DNA from: SAR86 cluster bacterium AG-422-O05
GTDB taxonomy: Bacteria; Pseudomonadota; Gammaproteobacteria; Magnimaribacterales; D2472
Assembly (NCBI GenBank): GCA_003213495.1
Contig: QCMW01000001.1
Coordinates: forward strand, 926,704 to 990,703
DNA: 64,000 bases
Direction of reading: 5' to 3'
A program made the position numbers and the translations under genes. A model generated the notes under the pieces. That model saw only the letters and a program-made list of their open reading frames with translations. It was not told the DNA's origin and did no database searches. Of this stretch, positions 39,945 through 47,574 are shown one piece after another. Within the stretch, counting starts at the first letter, position 1. Every line of letters starts with the position of its first letter.

Positions 39945-40631
39945 TTATACTTTTACGTCTTCTATGTTTGGTTCTGTTAATTGATAGTCACTAAAACAAA
40001 TGCGTTCAGTTTGTTTCATGGCATTAGTCATACCTTCAGTAATAAATAAAATATCATCAATGGCTACATTAGATGCAAACTTTATTTTGATTAACTCCGC
40101 ATTTCTAAGACCAGGATGATGAATAGGTTTTAAAAGATAATTACCTGTATCATCAAAAACAGCATCAACATTAAAAACTATTTTTTTAGGTTTATAGTTA
40201 TTAATGATCATAGTTGCTTCGATTTTGTCACCTTCGTTGTAATTACTCGTTCCCATAGGAGTCACAATTCTTGGATTAGTACATATACAAAAAGGTCTAT
40301 CCATTTCTATAAAAATTTCAGATAGCGAACTGTCAGAAGTTTTTCGCATTACTAAAGTTTCTTCCCAGGACATAATGCCCCAGTTATCAATGGTTTTCAT
40401 ATCAATAGCTGCAGAAAGATATGAAGATGAGATTGTTAGGAGGAGAAGAAATTTTCGATATGGGTTTTTATGGCTACCAGAAAAGGGACCATAATGAACC
40501 ATGTCGTTATCAAGAATAATCTCATCTTCATAATCATATGAATTTTTCTTTTTTGTAAATAATTTCTTAACTCCAAGAACAAGCAAAAGTACGATTACAC
40601 CAACTAAACCATAACCAATAAATTCTTCCAT
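39945..40631 (-). CDS. hypothetical membrane protein (228 aa), third gene of the ECF-like operon
   Basis: N-terminal TM helix (GLVGVIVLLLVLGV) followed by a KK..KKK stretch, then a second weak hydrophobic segment. A GGAG Shine-Dalgarno sequence is present, and the gene has its own copy of the TGTAAC-N16-CGTTAAG motif. The stop codon lies 1 nt from the tRNA-Ala 3' end. Confidence 0.5.
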   Translation of the reverse strand: MEEFIGYGLVGVIVLLLVLGVKKLFTKKKNSYDYEDEIILDNDMVHYGPFSGSHKNPYRKFLLLLTISSSYLSAAIDMKTIDNWGIMSWEETLVMRKTSDSSLSEIFIEMDRPFCICTNPRIVTPMGTSNYNEGDKIEATMIINNYKPKKIVFNVDAVFDDTGNYLLKPIHHPGLRNAELIKIKFASNVAIDDILFITEGMTNAMKQTERICFSDYQLTEPNIEDVKV

Positions 40632-40660
40632 ATTTTCTCCAAAATAGTGTTATATATATA

Positions 40661-40689
40661 CTTAACGAAGCTAAAGAGAATTTGTTACA
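40661..40689 (-). promoter_or_regulatory. ECF-type promoter motif, copy A (TGTAAC-N16-CGTTAAGTAT)
   Basis: Minus-strand read: AATTTGTAACAAATTCTCTTTAGCTTCGTTAAGTATATA. It lies between the anti-sigma stop (40696) and the 228-aa ORF start (40631). Confidence 0.5.
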
Positions 40690-40695
40690 AATTGT

Positions 40696-41346
40696 TTAAC
40701 AGCTGCAAAAAATGTGGCGCTTAACTTCAGTGATAACGAAGTTTGTCTCAAGATCTTCTACAAGGGAAAGATCTACAAAATAATCTCTATCGGTTCTGGG
40801 CATATTGATGTTGTTATCAATAAATGAATCTTTATTACCTTCATATACAACATACATAATTTCGTATCGATCAACACCAAGCTCTTTTGCCATTCTTGAA
40901 GCAGTACTCCAAAGTGTACCCATTTCAGATCCTGATATATAGATAGGTTGAGGATCTATACCAGGAACTTCCTCAAAATCTGCATAAATCAACTGATCAG
41001 ATTCTTCTTCAGAATCAATAATTTGCTCAGGAGAGTTTACAAATGTAATAGCTATAAATGCTAAGCTAGCAGCTAAAGCAAAACCTATAAAAGGTTTAAG
41101 ATAATAAGATTGTACTCTATTGTTAGTATCAACTTCTTTCTTATTAATGCTATCGATCTTATTATTAAATTCGATATATTCATCTGCAAAGAGATTTTTT
41201 AGGTTAGTATCATTCATCAATAGATTTTCATAAAGGTTTTGTGCTTCACTTGAGGATTCCAAAATATTTTTAAGCTCAATAGAGTTTTCAGGAGTCTTTC
41301 CCTGGTCTATTAACTCAATTATTTTATTTTCTATTGCTTCATTCAT
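40696..41346 (-). CDS. anti-sigma-factor-like single-pass membrane protein with a FimV/LysM-like periplasmic motif
   Basis: 216 aa. Helical N-domain, TM helix FIGFALAASLAFIAITFV (residues about 85-103), then a periplasmic domain. It overlaps the sigma-like ORF by 8 nt, suggesting translational coupling. Confidence 0.45.
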   Translation of the reverse strand: MNEAIENKIIELIDQGKTPENSIELKNILESSSEAQNLYENLLMNDTNLKNLFADEYIEFNNKIDSINKKEVDTNNRVQSYYLKPFIGFALAASLAFIAITFVNSPEQIIDSEEESDQLIYADFEEVPGIDPQPIYISGSEMGTLWSTASRMAKELGVDRYEIMYVVYEGNKDSFIDNNINMPRTDRDYFVDLSLVEDLETNFVITEVKRHIFCSC

Positions 41347-41935
41347 AATTTCTACCTGTTAATTTTGCAAGTTTAATTCTAGCTCTGCTAGTTTTGACTC
41401 TTAGATTACCTAAAGTTATTTCTTTTTCACTAATAATATTTACCGCTTCATGAATTTCTTTATCGCTATTTCCTTGACCCTTCATTGTTAAAATAGTTTG
41501 GTCAACTTCATCTAATTTTTTTATACATTCCATAGTTTTTTCCAGCTCATCTATTACATCCTCAGGAGTTTCTTTAATAGAATATAGAGATTGTTTTTTT
41601 TGCATTTCAATAAATCTATTCTCTGCACGATGCAAATCAATTGAACTCCGCTTCATAATTAATTTTGCATATAACAATGGCTTTGGATGTGACATAAATG
41701 TTTCTTTATTTTTTAGTATTTTGTCATTCATGATTCCCATTAATTCCCAGGACCTATCGTAATCTTGCTTTGATAAGACTCTTGCATAACCAAATAAAAC
41801 TCGGTTTGTTATCTCTAAAAGCTTTTCAAATGACATTTCTTTATTTTGCCACATTTCATTAAAGACATTGTTTTCACAATAGGAGTAATCATCGATATCA
41901 CTCGAATAAGATTTAATTGCCGATAAAGATTTCAT
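41339..41935 (-). CDS. highly divergent ECF-type sigma-70 family factor (candidate)
   Basis: 198 aa. Region-2-like FEKLLEITNRVLFGYARVL ... PLLYAKLIMKRSSIDLHRAENR, and a region-4-like HTH LDEVDQTILTMKGQGNSDKEIHEAV...LGNLRVKTSRARIKLAKL. Confidence 0.5.
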   Translation of the reverse strand: MKSLSAIKSYSSDIDDYSYCENNVFNEMWQNKEMSFEKLLEITNRVLFGYARVLSKQDYDRSWELMGIMNDKILKNKETFMSHPKPLLYAKLIMKRSSIDLHRAENRFIEMQKKQSLYSIKETPEDVIDELEKTMECIKKLDEVDQTILTMKGQGNSDKEIHEAVNIISEKEITLGNLRVKTSRARIKLAKLTGRNYE

Positions 41936-41951
41936 TTTATTACTTTATCTA

Positions 41952-41980
41952 CTTAACGTACTTAAATACAAAATGTTACA
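41952..41980 (-). promoter_or_regulatory. ECF-type promoter motif, copy B (TGTAAC-N16-CGTTAAGTAG)
   Basis: Minus-strand read: AATTTGTAACATTTTGTATTTAAGTACGTTAAGTAGAT. The CGTTAA element ends 17 nt before the sigma-like ORF's ATG. Confidence 0.5.
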
Positions 41981-42014
41981 AATTATTTTAGTTATTTTTA
42001 AAACTTTATAACTA

Positions 42015-42043
42015 CTTAACGCAGTTAGATGAAAAATGTTACA
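42015..42043 (-). promoter_or_regulatory. ECF-type promoter motif, copy C (TGTAAC-N16-CGTTAAGTAG)
   Basis: Minus-strand read: AACTTGTAACATTTTTCATCTAACTGCGTTAAGTAGTT. It lies 63 bp upstream of copy B, and its -35 element sits 2 nt after the monooxygenase stop codon. Confidence 0.45.
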
Positions 42044-42045
42044 AG

Positions 42046-43494
42046 TTATTTTTTATTATTGTAAAAATTAAGGTTTGTATCATTTATTGAGAATACCCTT
42101 ACAACAAAGATGTCCTTTAAATAGTTTTGATAATTTTTCCATGGGGCTTTATTGCCTTGTTTTGGCATCATATGCAGACCTCTTTGAAAATATCCTGAGT
42201 TGAAATCTATTAATTTATCATCTCCGTACGCACTTTCATCATTTATTGGTGCGCAACACAAAACACCTTTCTTATCCATTAAATTTATTAATCTGCACAC
42301 ATATTCACATGTAAGATCTGCTCGCAATGTCCATGATGCATTTACATATCCAAAACTAACAGCAAAGTTGGGCACACCACTGAGCATCATTCCCTTATAG
42401 GTAAGTCTTTCATTTGGATTGATCTTAACTTTATCAATTGTTACATCTATATCATTGAAAGAATTTAATTCAATCCCGGTGGCAGTAATAATAATATCAG
42501 CCTCAATTATTTTGCCTGAGTCTAATTTAATACCATCTGATTCAAATTCTGCAATAGTATCTGTAACTACAGAAGCCTTATTATTTTTAATTGATTCAAA
42601 TAAATCGCTATCAGGAACTAGGCATATTCTTTGATCCCAAGGTTTATAGGTTGGAGTGAAGTGTTTTTCAATATCGAAATCAGGACCAAGTTCTTCTCGA
42701 ACTAACTCAAGTATTTTATTCTTTGTTCTTTCTGGATATCGTCGTGCCACAGAGAATGTAAAACTTTGCCAAAGTATATTCTTCCATCTAATTAAGAAGT
42801 ACGTAATTTTTGAAGGTAAAATTTTTCTTAGAAATTTATTAATCTTATCTTCACTAGGTCCTGATACAACATAGGTTGGCGATCTTTGAACCATAGTTAC
42901 ATGCTCAGCTATTTCTGCCAGTGCTGGAACAATAGTTATTGCAGTGGCTCCACTACCTATGACAGCTATCTTTTTGTTTGCATAGTTAATATCCTCATTC
43001 CAAAACTGAGGGTGAACAATATCTCCGTTAAAACTGTCCTCATTTTTAAAAGAGGGCATATGTGGCTTTGTATAACTATAGTAACCACCACATAGAAAAA
43101 GAAAATTACATGTCATATTTTTAGTTTCATTATTTTCATCTATGGCAAGTTCCCATATAGATTGATCTGAATTCCAGTTTGCTGATTTAATCTTGTTATT
43201 TAATGAAATGTGATTTCTTAAATCATATTCATCAATTGTTTCATTTAAATATTCAAGAATAGAAGGACCGTCAGCTATAGATTTATCGTGTATCCATGGT
43301 TTAAACCTAAATCCTAATGTATGCATATCTGAATCAGATCTTATGCCAGGATACTTAAAAAGATCCCAGGTTCCACCGATATTATCTCTAGCTTCTAAGA
43401 TGGTAAAAGACTTATTAGGACAACTTTTTTTAAGATTATAGCCAGCAGCAATTCCAGATATACCTGCTCCTACAACAATTACATCTTTATGCAT
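42046..43494 (-). CDS. flavin-dependent Baeyer-Villiger-type monooxygenase
   Basis: 482 aa. FAD fold VVGAGISGI, the BVMO fingerprint FNGDIVHPQFWN (FxGxxxHxxxW), and a second dinucleotide fold VIGSGATA. Confidence 0.8.
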   Translation of the reverse strand: MHKDVIVVGAGISGIAAGYNLKKSCPNKSFTILEARDNIGGTWDLFKYPGIRSDSDMHTLGFRFKPWIHDKSIADGPSILEYLNETIDEYDLRNHISLNNKIKSANWNSDQSIWELAIDENNETKNMTCNFLFLCGGYYSYTKPHMPSFKNEDSFNGDIVHPQFWNEDINYANKKIAVIGSGATAITIVPALAEIAEHVTMVQRSPTYVVSGPSEDKINKFLRKILPSKITYFLIRWKNILWQSFTFSVARRYPERTKNKILELVREELGPDFDIEKHFTPTYKPWDQRICLVPDSDLFESIKNNKASVVTDTIAEFESDGIKLDSGKIIEADIIITATGIELNSFNDIDVTIDKVKINPNERLTYKGMMLSGVPNFAVSFGYVNASWTLRADLTCEYVCRLINLMDKKGVLCCAPINDESAYGDDKLIDFNSGYFQRGLHMMPKQGNKAPWKNYQNYLKDIFVVRVFSINDTNLNFYNNKK

Positions 43495-44886
43495 TTATTT
43501 AGTTCTCTTATTTTCAATATCTTGAATAATTAATTGTGCTTGTTTCACAGCAAGACCAATGTAAGTTTCAGGATCAAGAATATTCTTTAATTCTGATTTA
43601 GTAATATTTTTTGAAATTATTCTGTTTTGTAGCGCAGCCTCTTCTAGAGTTAAATTATTTTCTAATGCAAATTTCGCAACATCATGCATTAGCTCATTAG
43701 CAGTATCTTTGCCAATCTTATCTGCAAGATAAAAAGTAAGTCTTTGAGATAATATTAGACCATTAGTTAAGTCTAAGTTATCACGCATTTTTTGTTTGTT
43801 AACTTTAAGTTCTTTAAGAAGAGGTTTAGCTCGATCTAACATCTGCTCTGTGACTATAGATATCTGTTTAAGCTCATCGTCGCTTTTTTCGCCGTCTCTC
43901 TCAAAGCTATTAATCATGTCATCTAATACAATCTCTGATAATCTTGGAATAATTCGTGAGTATTCAAGTAAGTCTCCAGGTCCTCTAGGATTTTTTTTCT
44001 GAGGCATAGTGCTACTGCCCACAGATTTGGAACCAAGATACTCTTCGGTTTCGCCTAATTCTGTCATTTGAAGAAGAGTCAGTTCATTTCCAATTCTGCC
44101 AAAAGATTTTGAAATTATTGCAAGAGTTAACGCATATTCTGCAAAAACATCTCTTATACCATGCCAGTCATCTTTGGATGGTTCATCAAGACCTAGATTT
44201 ATCATCATGAGTTTTTCAGTCTCTATAGCCTGCGTGCCTAGCCCTAAATAAGAACCTACAGCTCCTTTGAGAATTCCTGATTTGTTAATTTTTGATTGAA
44301 CGTGTTGTAAGCGTTCAATATTTCTTCTATTTTCAGCTAACCATGTACTAGTTTTTTTTCCAAAGGTAATTGGAAGTGCGTGTTGGCCAAGAGTTCTGCC
44401 GGGCATGTAAGTATATAAATTATCTTTAGTAAGTGTTAATAAATAATTTTCAATCTCTAATAAGTCATCAATCAAAAGATCAATAGAGTCTTTTATTTGA
44501 AGTACTAAAACCGTATCCCATATATCAACTGTTGTTGCTCCATAGTGAAGATATTCTGCTGCATCTTTATCTATGGAACGCTTCCAAACATTTAATCTAG
44601 CAACCAGAGTATGTCTTACAAGTTTATGTTCCATATCGATATCTTTTTGAGAAAGGTATTTAATATCAGCCTTAGAAGATATTTCATTTGCAGCCCAAGA
44701 GGGAATAATACCAAGCTCAGATTGTGCTTCCGCAAGCGCAACCTCAACATCCATAAATAATTGATTTTTATAATTCACTTTAAATATATTTGCTACGGTA
44801 TCTTCAGCAAGGATTGTTCCAGATAAAATAATTAAAAATGAAAGTAGATATTTTTTCATGCATTTATTATATGGGTTATGATTCAT
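43495..44886 (-). CDS. fumarate-lyase superfamily protein (adenylosuccinate lyase / 3-carboxymuconate cycloisomerase-like) with a signal-peptide-like N-terminal extension
   Basis: Signature GSSTMPQKKNP, plus HYGATTVDI and PGRTLGQHALPITFG. The probable start is the Met at 44859 (MKKYLLSFLIILSGTILAEDT). The stop directly abuts the monooxygenase ATG. Confidence 0.75.
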   Translation of the reverse strand: MNHNPYNKCMKKYLLSFLIILSGTILAEDTVANIFKVNYKNQLFMDVEVALAEAQSELGIIPSWAANEISSKADIKYLSQKDIDMEHKLVRHTLVARLNVWKRSIDKDAAEYLHYGATTVDIWDTVLVLQIKDSIDLLIDDLLEIENYLLTLTKDNLYTYMPGRTLGQHALPITFGKKTSTWLAENRRNIERLQHVQSKINKSGILKGAVGSYLGLGTQAIETEKLMMINLGLDEPSKDDWHGIRDVFAEYALTLAIISKSFGRIGNELTLLQMTELGETEEYLGSKSVGSSTMPQKKNPRGPGDLLEYSRIIPRLSEIVLDDMINSFERDGEKSDDELKQISIVTEQMLDRAKPLLKELKVNKQKMRDNLDLTNGLILSQRLTFYLADKIGKDTANELMHDVAKFALENNLTLEEAALQNRIISKNITKSELKNILDPETYIGLAVKQAQLIIQDIENKRTK

Positions 44887-44917
44887 TTAGATAAGTAAAT
44901 TTATACAATTACTAGCT

Positions 44918-45694
44918 ATGAAATTAGAAGTTTATTATGTAGACGCTTTTACCAGCGAGATCTTTTCAGGAAATCCTGCGGCTGTAATATTTTCTGAGCT
45001 TAATGATGAAGTTTTAATGCAAAAAATTGCTACTGAAAATAATTTATCAGAAACAGCTTTTGTTAACTTAAAAAATAATTCAATTAGATGGTTTTCTCCA
45101 GCATGTGAAGTTAATTTATGCGGACATGCAACCCTTGCTTCAGCTTATGTTTATTTTAATTTTTTAAACAATGATGCGGAAAGTATTAGCTTAAATTCAG
45201 CAAGTGGCGAGTTAAAAGTTTATAAACAAGAAAATTTTTTACAACTTGATTTTCCTAAAGATAACTTTAAAGAAGTTGATATGATTGAAGCTGTAGAGAA
45301 TGCAACTGGAGTAAGACCTCTTGAGACTTATCTTGGAAATATTAATTTATTTGCGGTATTCGACAACGAAGATAATGTTTCAAATATGACTCCCAACTTT
45401 GATGCTGTTTCAAAACTTGATGGTCAGGGTTTAATCATTTCTTCCTCAAGCAATCAATATGATTTTGTATCTCGTTACTTTTGTCCAAAATATGGCATTA
45501 ATGAAGATCCTGTAACTGGTTCAGCACACACAACTTTAATTCCTTATTGGTCAGAAAAATTAAATAAAATTTCACTTGAAGCTAAACAGGTTTCTAAGAG
45601 AGGAGGGGAGCTCTTTTGTGAAAACAGTGAAAACAGAGTTTTGATCGGTGGTAATGCTGTTTTGTATATGAAAGGAGTTATTGAAATAGATTAG
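44918..45694 (+). CDS. PhzF-family isomerase
   Basis: 258 aa. VDAFTSEIFSGNPAAV, LSETAF and CGHATLA are typical PhzF/YddE blocks. Confidence 0.8.
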   Translation: MKLEVYYVDAFTSEIFSGNPAAVIFSELNDEVLMQKIATENNLSETAFVNLKNNSIRWFSPACEVNLCGHATLASAYVYFNFLNNDAESISLNSASGELKVYKQENFLQLDFPKDNFKEVDMIEAVENATGVRPLETYLGNINLFAVFDNEDNVSNMTPNFDAVSKLDGQGLIISSSSNQYDFVSRYFCPKYGINEDPVTGSAHTTLIPYWSEKLNKISLEAKQVSKRGGELFCENSENRVLIGGNAVLYMKGVIEID

Positions 45695-46704
45695 ATTTCA
45701 ATAATTTGCTTCCCAAAATTCTTACCTGTCAAAACATCTCTTAAAGCCTGTGGTGCATTTTCGAAACCTTTTGTGATAGTTTCTCGATAACGAACTTTAT
45801 CCTCTTTAACTAATTGTAATATCTCTTTGGTTGCTGCCTCCCACTCATCAGCCCACTCAGTGACAACAAAAAATCTATGTTCAGGTTTATTTTCAAGTGC
45901 TCCTAATACATGAAATGGTGTTTCTACTTTTAACATATCAGCTTCATTGTATTGAGAGATAAAACCACAGATCGGAACTCTTGATCCATTATTTAATAGC
46001 GGAGCAATTGCTCTTGTCACAGGACCACCCACATTTTCAAAATATACATCTATTCCGTTAGGACATGCATTTTGTAAATCTTCCACCAAGTTGCCTGCCT
46101 TGTAATCTACACATTCATCTAGTTGCAATACATCTTTTACAAAGGCACATTTTTCTGGTCCACCTGCAATACCAATTACTCTGCAACCATATATCTTGCC
46201 AAGCTGACCTACTACAGCACCCACAGCTCCTGAAGCAGCAGAGACTACTAAAGTTTCACCTGATTTTGGCTTTCCAACTCTATTAAGACCAAAATAGGCA
46301 GTTCTCCCAGGCATGCCAAGCGTTCCAAGAAATGATGATAATCCTATGTCCGATTCAGGCACTTTCAATAGAGCAACATCTGTATCTTTAGCTTTAATAT
46401 AGGTTTGCCATCCCTTGTGTGCACAAACTTTGTCACCAACATTGAATAAATCTGAATTACTTTCTACGACAACACCAGCAGTTTCACCTGTCATGGGCTC
46501 GCCAATTTTTGCTGGAGCAGCATATGATTTAGAGTCATTCATTCTGCCTCTCATGTAAGGATCAATAGATAAATATTTAACCTCAATAATAATTTCGTTA
46601 CTTCCAATTGTAGAAATAATTTCTTCGTTTAATTTCCAACAATCATCTTCAGGCATCCCGGTTGGTCTTTTATCTAATAGCAACTGTTTATTTACATATT
46701 CCAT
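45691..46704 (-). CDS. NADP-dependent oxidoreductase, medium-chain reductase family (alkenal/enone reductase, YncB/CurA-like)
   Basis: 337 aa. YLSIDPYMRGRM, GMPGRTAYFGL and VSAASGAVGAVVGQLGK. Confidence 0.8.
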   Translation of the reverse strand: MEYVNKQLLLDKRPTGMPEDDCWKLNEEIISTIGSNEIIIEVKYLSIDPYMRGRMNDSKSYAAPAKIGEPMTGETAGVVVESNSDLFNVGDKVCAHKGWQTYIKAKDTDVALLKVPESDIGLSSFLGTLGMPGRTAYFGLNRVGKPKSGETLVVSAASGAVGAVVGQLGKIYGCRVIGIAGGPEKCAFVKDVLQLDECVDYKAGNLVEDLQNACPNGIDVYFENVGGPVTRAIAPLLNNGSRVPICGFISQYNEADMLKVETPFHVLGALENKPEHRFFVVTEWADEWEAATKEILQLVKEDKVRYRETITKGFENAPQALRDVLTGKNFGKQIIEI

Positions 46705-46717
46705 CTATTTACTCCAT

Positions 46718-47299
46718 TTAAATTAACTTTGTGAGTTGCCTAAAATGTTTTCTACAAAGTGTTTTGTAAATATCATTCCCACCAATTACTATTTTCTCAC
46801 CCTCTAAAACAACTTCTCCTTCTTGATTTAATCTTACCACCATTGTTGCTTTCTTCTCACACATGCTACAAATAGTTTTTAACTCTTTAAGATTATCTGC
46901 TATAGCTAATAATTCTTTACTTCCATCAAATAATTGACCTTGAAAATCTGTTCTTATGCCATAGCACATAACGGGTATACTTAGATCATCTGCAACTTTT
47001 CCTAAACTTTGAACTTGCTCTTTTGATAAAAATTGAGCTTCATCTACAAATATACAACTTACATCCTCATGATTTAATTTTTCAATTTCATTAAAAAAAT
47101 TATATTCATTATCAACAATGATCGCATCAGCCTCTAAACCAATTCTGGATATAATTTTTCCATCTGATTTATCTCCTAAGTCTTTAGGAATAAATAATAA
47201 TGTTTTTAAATTACTTTCTGAATAGTTATGGTTTGATTGAAGTAGGGCAGTTGACTTACCTGCATTCATGGTTGAATAAAAGAAGTATAGTTTTGCCAT
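46718..47299 (-). CDS. tdk: thymidine kinase
   Basis: MAKLYFFYSTMNAGKSTALLQ aligns to residue 1 of E. coli Tdk, so the start is 47299 rather than the ORF-track 47368. Also VDEAQFL and a C-terminal Zn ribbon C.MC...A....R ... LCRKH. Confidence 0.9.
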   Translation of the reverse strand: MAKLYFFYSTMNAGKSTALLQSNHNYSESNLKTLLFIPKDLGDKSDGKIISRIGLEADAIIVDNEYNFFNEIEKLNHEDVSCIFVDEAQFLSKEQVQSLGKVADDLSIPVMCYGIRTDFQGQLFDGSKELLAIADNLKELKTICSMCEKKATMVVRLNQEGEVVLEGEKIVIGGNDIYKTLCRKHFRQLTKLI

Positions 47300-47335
47300 A
47301 TAATAATTATATATGGTTAAGATTAATGTGTATTG

Positions 47336-47569
47336 ATGAAAATATCGAAAGAAAACGGCATAACTCATTTAGATCTGCACGGAGTTAGACATCAGGATGT
47401 TTCAGATGAAGTAATTGATTTTGTATATCAATATCAAAATGAGATTCCATTAATGATTATTTGTGGGAATTCAAATAGAATGATTGAGATTGTTGAAGAA
47501 GCACTTAATACGAATTCTATAGTGTTCTCAATGCCAAGATTTGGTATTATTAGGGTCGAAAAAATATAA
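47336..47569 (+). CDS. small Smr-domain-like protein
   Basis: 77 aa from the ATG at 47336. LDLHG motif followed by ..PLMIICGNS. Confidence 0.45.
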   Translation: MKISKENGITHLDLHGVRHQDVSDEVIDFVYQYQNEIPLMIICGNSNRMIEIVEEALNTNSIVFSMPRFGIIRVEKI

Positions 47570-47574
47570 CAGTT

